Both the position numbers and the translations under genes were made by a program. Of a stretch of 64,000 nt of DNA, positions 59,398 to 64,000 are shown in pieces. Source of the DNA: a virus. Each line of letters begins with the position of its first letter. Position 1 is the first letter of the stretch. Location of the stretch: IMG/VR virus record IMGVR_UViG_3300033072_000139, positions 3,083-67,082 of that record. One strand, given 5' to 3'. Under the pieces are notes generated by a model. It worked only from the letters and a program-made list of their open reading frames with translations, made no database searches and was not told the origin of the DNA.

Positions 59398-60003
59398 TTA
59401 AATTTCTTTTGCTAGGCAGTCTGTATATTTTAATCGAATAAGTTTCTTTATTTTGCCACCCACATTATGCGTCATCTCATAGTCAGAATACTTGTATACT
59501 ACAGCTACATCATTAATATCATAGTCAGTTATAGAGTCTGGCTTTCCAATTATTTTAAGCTTGTTAGGTATCTGCTTTGGTTCGCTCGTAAATATTAAAC
59601 CCGACTTAGATTCGGGTATTGGCTCATATATCCTTTCTGCTAACATATAGCCATCTATACATATAATATTTTCTCCATCTATACCAAAGTATACAAAGTT
59701 TTCGTCGACTGCGAAGATTTTTGAAGTGTGTGGGATACCTGGGTAATCCAATTCGCATTCGTCAGACATACTATTGTGGTGTACCAATACATAGTCTCCT
59801 GCTTTTAAGTTTTTATAATCTGTTAATAGAACTCCTTGTGTGAAGTTTGTAATACGGCTATCCCATGAGTAATCATTGGCGATATACAAATCAACTGATT
59901 TGCCGTCTTCTAATTCTATTTTGTGTAAGTCTTTTTCTTGGGTATCTACGTATACGATAACCCTTTTGCCAACAGGCTTGATTTTGTTAAATAAGTGCTT
60001 CAT
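59398..60003 (-). CDS. GroES-like co-chaperonin (tandem domains)
   Basis: IKPVGKRVIV, LKAGDYVLVHHN, second repeat ESKSGLIF...DVAVV. Confidence 0.65.
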   Translation of the reverse strand: MKHLFNKIKPVGKRVIVYVDTQEKDLHKIELEDGKSVDLYIANDYSWDSRITNFTQGVLLTDYKNLKAGDYVLVHHNSMSDECELDYPGIPHTSKIFAVDENFVYFGIDGENIICIDGYMLAERIYEPIPESKSGLIFTSEPKQIPNKLKIIGKPDSITDYDINDVAVVYKYSDYEMTHNVGGKIKKLIRLKYTDCLAKEI

Positions 60004-60033
60004 TCTTATCGGTTATACGCAAATATACGTAAC

Positions 60034-60339
60034 CTACTTGAATCTCTCTCCTTTACCTGAACTTTTTCCTGAGCGGTATACTTGAGAACTTTTTGACCAT
60101 AGGTGATGATAAGCCCACCAGCCAGCAGTTAATTTTGAAGAGTTAGCTTCTTTGGCATGACGCTTTCTATATTGCTCTCTAGCTTGAGGGCTATAATTAG
60201 ATGAGTATCCTTTAGCTCCAAATCGAACTAGGCGAATATTATCTCCTTGCTTTGCAAGAACTACTTTCTTGTGAACGCCATCTGATGCGTCTTTTGGCTT
60301 ATTGTAGCCACTAAATTTTTCACCGCGATACTCTATCAT
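60034..60339 (-). CDS. Small basic conserved phage protein
   Basis: GEKFSGYNKPK...KKVVLAK...LVRFG...RKRHA...TAGWW. Confidence 0.7.
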   Translation of the reverse strand: MIEYRGEKFSGYNKPKDASDGVHKKVVLAKQGDNIRLVRFGAKGYSSNYSPQAREQYRKRHAKEANSSKLTAGWWAYHHLWSKSSQVYRSGKSSGKGERFK

Positions 60340-60349
60340 AAATTTATTT

Positions 60350-61165
60350 TTACGCTTGATTAGAAGACTTTGAGTCAACTTTAGCTATTGTATTATTTAA
60401 TTCTACAATATCTTTATCGCTAAAGTTTTTTCTCATTCTTTTAAAGAATTTATTATTCTGTATATCCTTATTCTGTATAGCCTTCTTAAGTATATCTTCT
60501 GTTATATCCTGACCATACTTTTTAGTTAACCCTGCCTTGTTAAGCAAGTATCTTACAGCATCTAAATCCCCCTTAGCCTCAAATGCTCCAATGTCATGAA
60601 CATCAAATTTTCCTCCAAGAGTAAATCCAGATGGGTCAGTAATAAAATTGCCATATTTAACATTTGACATATAGTTATCAGATATTTGTTTTTTTTGAGC
60701 TGGCGTTATGTTTTTATTCTTCACAACAAACTGCCAAGCTTCTGCAGGAGATTGAAACATAGCTCCTCCTTGTGTAGGACTCTTTGATAACAAACCAAGA
60801 CCAGAAGTTACATGCCCAATTTCGTGCGCCAATACAGAATCATCAGCATCTGAAGCTAATTCTATTTTAGGCGTATCTTCTCCCCATTTTGTTGTACTAG
60901 AAGACCCTGGACCTATTGAAAAGTATTCTGCATTTCTAAGAGCATCTGCTCTTTGTTTTATCAAATCTAAGATGCCTTTATTGCCCTGCATAGCAAGTCT
61001 TCTCTTATACTCGTCTGACTGAAGATATCCTAGCTTTTTAGCTATTTGTGGTTCAGCTCTATTTCTAACATCTATATCAGATTGTCCTGGCATCCATCCA
61101 GTATTAACAACCGACCACCCTTTATTATACTTAGATGGGTTAATTTTTCTAGGTTTCTTATCCAT
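60350..61165 (-). CDS. Zincin-like metalloprotease domain protein
   Basis: LAHEIGH with downstream HD...E.KGD. Confidence 0.6.
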   Translation of the reverse strand: MDKKPRKINPSKYNKGWSVVNTGWMPGQSDIDVRNRAEPQIAKKLGYLQSDEYKRRLAMQGNKGILDLIKQRADALRNAEYFSIGPGSSSTTKWGEDTPKIELASDADDSVLAHEIGHVTSGLGLLSKSPTQGGAMFQSPAEAWQFVVKNKNITPAQKKQISDNYMSNVKYGNFITDPSGFTLGGKFDVHDIGAFEAKGDLDAVRYLLNKAGLTKKYGQDITEDILKKAIQNKDIQNNKFFKRMRKNFSDKDIVELNNTIAKVDSKSSNQA

Positions 61166-61167
61166 AT

Positions 61168-61290
61168 CTATCTACCTTGTCCCCTATACTTTTTAGGTCT
61201 AGGAGTATGCTTATTAAATGCTTTTTGAGCTGACCCTAACTTTCTTTTACCAAAGCTAATCTTCCTGCTATCTGCTTTTACCTTTGCCAT
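61168..61290 (-). CDS. Tiny basic protein (KKYRGQGR terminus)
   Basis: Manually translated MAKVKADSRKISFGKRKLGSAQKAFNKHTPRPKKYRGQGR. Confidence 0.55.
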   Translation of the reverse strand: MAKVKADSRKISFGKRKLGSAQKAFNKHTPRPKKYRGQGR

Positions 61291-61291
61291 T

Positions 61292-61441
61292 TTATTTTTT
61301 GCCCTTTGCTTTTATTTTCTTCTCTTGTTTTAGCATTGCCGAAGTTGGCTTCTTTCCACTTCCTTTGTTGGCACGGATGTTGTCCCACAATCCACGTTGT
61401 GAGACAGAACCATCCTTGCGCTTAATCATTTCCTTAGCCAT
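61292..61441 (-). CDS. Tiny basic protein
   Basis: Manually translated MAKEMIKRKDGSVSQRGLWDNIRANKGSGKKPTSAMLKQEKKIKAKGKK. Confidence 0.55.
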   Translation of the reverse strand: MAKEMIKRKDGSVSQRGLWDNIRANKGSGKKPTSAMLKQEKKIKAKGKK

Positions 61442-61442
61442 A

Positions 61443-61646
61443 TTACTTAATCTTCATATTGCTAGCCTTAGCCTTTGCAGTCATTGGCAAAGAAACAGGC
61501 TTTTTAAGACTAGGAGTTGGAGCTGCTTTAGCTTGATTCTCTGGACGAGACTTCCATTGCTTTTGCATAGCTGCTTCAAACTTTCCTTTTAAACTTGGTT
61601 TACCCATTTCGCCTTTTGCGGCAGGCACTACTTTTTTCATTGCCAT
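61443..61646 (-). CDS. Small Lys/Ala-rich protein
   Basis: ATG at 61646, MAMKKVVPAAKG... Confidence 0.55.
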   Translation of the reverse strand: MAMKKVVPAAKGEMGKPSLKGKFEAAMQKQWKSRPENQAKAAPTPSLKKPVSLPMTAKAKASNMKIK

Positions 61647-61647
61647 T

Positions 61648-61953
61648 TTATTTATTTTTAGTTCTAAGTTGTTTAAAATTAATACCGCTAGATTTGTATT
61701 TATAAACAGTATCACCTTTTGGAGTTATATTCTTACTTATCCCCTTTTTTGCTAACTGCTCCTTACTCATACCTGAGGCAGCATTAAAAACAACACCGCT
61801 ATACTTAGTAGATGAGTCTGTTAATGGAGAAACTTTTTTACCGAAATCTTTTCTAGTAAAATCTTTTTTAGCAAAAGCGCCCGACTTTGATTTTGCTACA
61901 TCTACGCTATCTTTAACAGGAGCTTGCGATGCTTTTTTTATAGGTTGTGGCAT
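61648..61953 (-). CDS. Small Lys-rich protein
   Basis: MPQPIKK..., packed head-to-tail. Confidence 0.6.
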   Translation of the reverse strand: MPQPIKKASQAPVKDSVDVAKSKSGAFAKKDFTRKDFGKKVSPLTDSSTKYSGVVFNAASGMSKEQLAKKGISKNITPKGDTVYKYKSSGINFKQLRTKNK

Positions 61954-61957
61954 ATTA

Positions 61958-62215
61958 TTATTTTTTCTTTTTATTACTAATTGCTTTTAATGCTAAAGCC
62001 TTATATCTTTCAGCATTTTTTTTATTTCTTTCCGCTTCATCAATTCTAGCAAAAGCAGCTTGATACGCCCTTGCAGAATCAGCAGGAGTTGATTTTTTAT
62101 TTAAAGTAGATAATGGAGAACCTACACCCGCTAACCCACTTTCTTTTCTTAAAGAATCTGATACTTGCATTACTCTCTTAGGAGTCAGCAATGTCTTTTT
62201 AGGTGGTTGTGGCAT
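61958..62215 (-). CDS. Small Lys-rich protein, paralog A
   Basis: MPQPPKKTLLTPKRVMQVSDSL...NAERYKALALKAISNK. Confidence 0.65.
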   Translation of the reverse strand: MPQPPKKTLLTPKRVMQVSDSLRKESGLAGVGSPLSTLNKKSTPADSARAYQAAFARIDEAERNKKNAERYKALALKAISNKKKK

Positions 62216-62217
62216 AA

Positions 62218-62511
62218 TTACTTTTGTTTTTTAGATTTATTACTCATTGCTTTTATTGCTAAAGCCTTATATCTTTTAGCGTTATTGTCAAGAATATCAG
62301 CTTTGTTAATGTGTCTAATAGTAGCTTCCGAATTTTCTTTATTATTTCTACCCATGTAATCTGTTTTTTTTCCAGCTTTGTTTGCGGCAATCATTGAAGA
62401 ACCAATCAAATCAGCAGTCTGTCTTTCAAAAGTAGCTCTTTTTTGCAGAGAGTCAGCTACTTCCATTGTTCTTTTGGGAGTCAATAATGTTTTCTTAGGA
62501 GGTTGTGCCAT
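62218..62511 (-). CDS. Small Lys-rich protein, paralog B
   Basis: MAQPPKKTLLTPKRTMEVADSL...NAKRYKALAIKAMSNK. Confidence 0.65.
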   Translation of the reverse strand: MAQPPKKTLLTPKRTMEVADSLQKRATFERQTADLIGSSMIAANKAGKKTDYMGRNNKENSEATIRHINKADILDNNAKRYKALAIKAMSNKSKKQK

Positions 62512-62513
62512 GA

Positions 62514-62747
62514 TTACTTTTTCTTTTTAGTTTGTTCTTTCTTTTCTACTTTCTTTGTTTCTTTCTTTTCGTGTTTAGCTTTAGCAGCCTTAGAAGGATA
62601 TACTTCTTTGCCGCCGTACTCTTTGATTTGTTTTTTCACTCTTTTGGGTTTTTTAGTTTTAAATAATTCCATATCGTCAATCTCTTGTACGATTGGTGCT
62701 TCTTCCTTTTTGAAAAGGGATTTTACGAATTCTATTAGTTTTTTCAT
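62514..62747 (-). CDS. Small Lys-rich protein
   Basis: EYGGKEVYPSKAAKAKHEKKE; TATTTTTG lies 5 nt upstream of the ATG. Confidence 0.6.
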   Translation of the reverse strand: MKKLIEFVKSLFKKEEAPIVQEIDDMELFKTKKPKRVKKQIKEYGGKEVYPSKAAKAKHEKKETKKVEKKEQTKKKK

Positions 62748-62762
62748 AGGTACAAAAATAAG

Positions 62763-63383
62763 TTACTTTTGTGAATAAAAGCGGACCATGTGTTCTGCTA
62801 TATCTTCAGGTACTTTCTTGTAGTTTTTCTTGAATGTTGTAGATGCCATAGCTACTAGCTTATTATCTGAATATATATCCGTAGGGAACTTCTTTAGCTT
62901 ATGCATCATGCCATAGCTGTATAAATAGATATTAGCCCTTTGGATATACTTACCAACGTTTATTGGTAGGCCCCACTTTTTAATCTTCTCTACAGCCCTC
63001 ATCTCACAATCTCTCTCTAGCTCAATCATATCGTCTAGCATCTTCGACACCTGGGTGCGGTTCATAATCTTCTCTCCTGATAGCCATGCCCACATGTTAC
63101 TACAAGACACGCCCCACTTATCCCACCTGTCGTCACTCTTCCACTGATCCATATGTGATGACTCATGTACAAGTATCTCTACCCACTTCTCAAATGGCTT
63201 ACCACAGGCAACTACTAAGTCCCTGTTATCACCATCAAAATACCCGCCACACTCTGTTTCAAAGTCATCTGTCACTACAACCTTCCTTGAAGGAGACAAT
63301 ACGAGGTCAACCTTGTAATCCCTGCATTGTCTTTTTACGCTATTTACGAAAGGTTTAAACTCTTTAGGGATATCGTACTTCAT
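62763..63383 (-). CDS. HExxH metallopeptidase-like protein
   Basis: GGYF, ILVHESSHMDQW, ELERDCEMRA. Confidence 0.7.
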   Translation of the reverse strand: MKYDIPKEFKPFVNSVKRQCRDYKVDLVLSPSRKVVVTDDFETECGGYFDGDNRDLVVACGKPFEKWVEILVHESSHMDQWKSDDRWDKWGVSCSNMWAWLSGEKIMNRTQVSKMLDDMIELERDCEMRAVEKIKKWGLPINVGKYIQRANIYLYSYGMMHKLKKFPTDIYSDNKLVAMASTTFKKNYKKVPEDIAEHMVRFYSQK

Positions 63384-63391
63384 ATGCAAAT

Positions 63392-63898
63392 TTATCTATT
63401 ATTCATGTATGTTTTAATAGTTGCAACATTGTTGCATTTATCAAATTCCTTATACTTCTCGAACCAGGCAGACCTGGAACCTTTATACACATAGTCAGGG
63501 TTGATATAGTAGATATCTGACCCTACACCCTTAGCTATTACCTTCTTGTTCATAAGCTCTATGATACCCTTATAAACAGTATTCCTACTTCCTATGTTCA
63601 GTTCACTAGCTATCTGTTGTACATTGAGTAGTACAGAGTCCCCATTCTTAGGCATCTGTTTAAAGATATTGGCAAGTATCATTACCCCTGCAGGACTCAT
63701 GGTAAATAGTAAATCATACATATCCTCGTATATACGGACATGGCTCTGCAAATCGGCTACCTTATACTCCTTCTCGTCCCTGAGTACCTCCCCCGTGTCG
63801 GAAACGACTTTCTCCTTCTGAGTGGGTATGTTTCTGAAATAATCTCCGTTGACCCTAAAAGGGTTGTAATTGTAGACAGGATAATCCTTTAGTTTCAT
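63392..63898 (-). CDS. RepL-like winged-HTH replication/regulatory protein
   Basis: SRNTVYKGIIELMNKKVIAK...YYINPDYVYKGSR. Confidence 0.7.
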   Translation of the reverse strand: MKLKDYPVYNYNPFRVNGDYFRNIPTQKEKVVSDTGEVLRDEKEYKVADLQSHVRIYEDMYDLLFTMSPAGVMILANIFKQMPKNGDSVLLNVQQIASELNIGSRNTVYKGIIELMNKKVIAKGVGSDIYYINPDYVYKGSRSAWFEKYKEFDKCNNVATIKTYMNNR

Positions 63899-63926
63899 AG
63901 CTCTGTTTTATGGTTTTATTGGTCGT

Positions 63927-63995
63927 GCAAGATACCAATGTTCATTTTATTGAACAAATTTATTTTACTGCAAAAGTTCATTTTAGTGAACAAAT
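63927..63995 (-). promoter_or_regulatory. repL-like promoter overlapped by palindromic operator-like repeats
   Basis: Minus-strand TTTG (63958-63955), 20 nt, TATCTTGC (63934-63927); GTTCATTTTA(T/G)TGAACAAAT at 63940-63959 and 63976-63995. Confidence 0.6.
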
Positions 63996-64000
63996 AGGGT

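Noticed and set aside
1-64000. Stop-codon reassignment (TAG or TGA), known in some crAss-like phages
   Set aside because: Long late genes are intact in the standard code, TAG serves as a normal stop at gene ends, and no clear suppressor tRNA is present

Overview
This window is 64 kb of a tailed dsDNA phage infecting Bacteroidota, with a crAss-related podovirus architecture. The host is inferred from many TAnnTTTG promoter elements, and the genes read in the standard genetic code. The + strand (1-17.5 kb) carries early and replication genes: a peptidase, a C5 DNA methyltransferase, ERF, a PD-(D/E)XK exonuclease, an SSB-like protein, a primase-helicase and a metallophosphoesterase, plus a ~0.9-kb structured non-coding region and two atypical tRNA-like elements. 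The - strand (17.5-64 kb) carries a RepL-like gene, small basic proteins, GroES-like protein, terminase, portal, scaffold, major capsid protein, tail ring/stabilization and ejection proteins, tail fibres and lysis genes. Best candidates for new biology: (1) a ~6-kb secreted/outer-membrane module (two CsgG-like proteins, a cohesin-dockerin-cohesin protein, lipoproteins, a beta-barrel) between tail and lysis genes; (2) a late-gene 3'UTR that is a perfect 20-nt antisense to the repL-like leader 13.5 kb away; (3) a kissing-loop RNA heading a larger structured ncRNA cluster; (4) a two-subunit methyltransferase encoded in nested reading frames; (5) an apparently split tail-stabilization gene. All protein family calls come from motif recognition by eye; no database searches were run.
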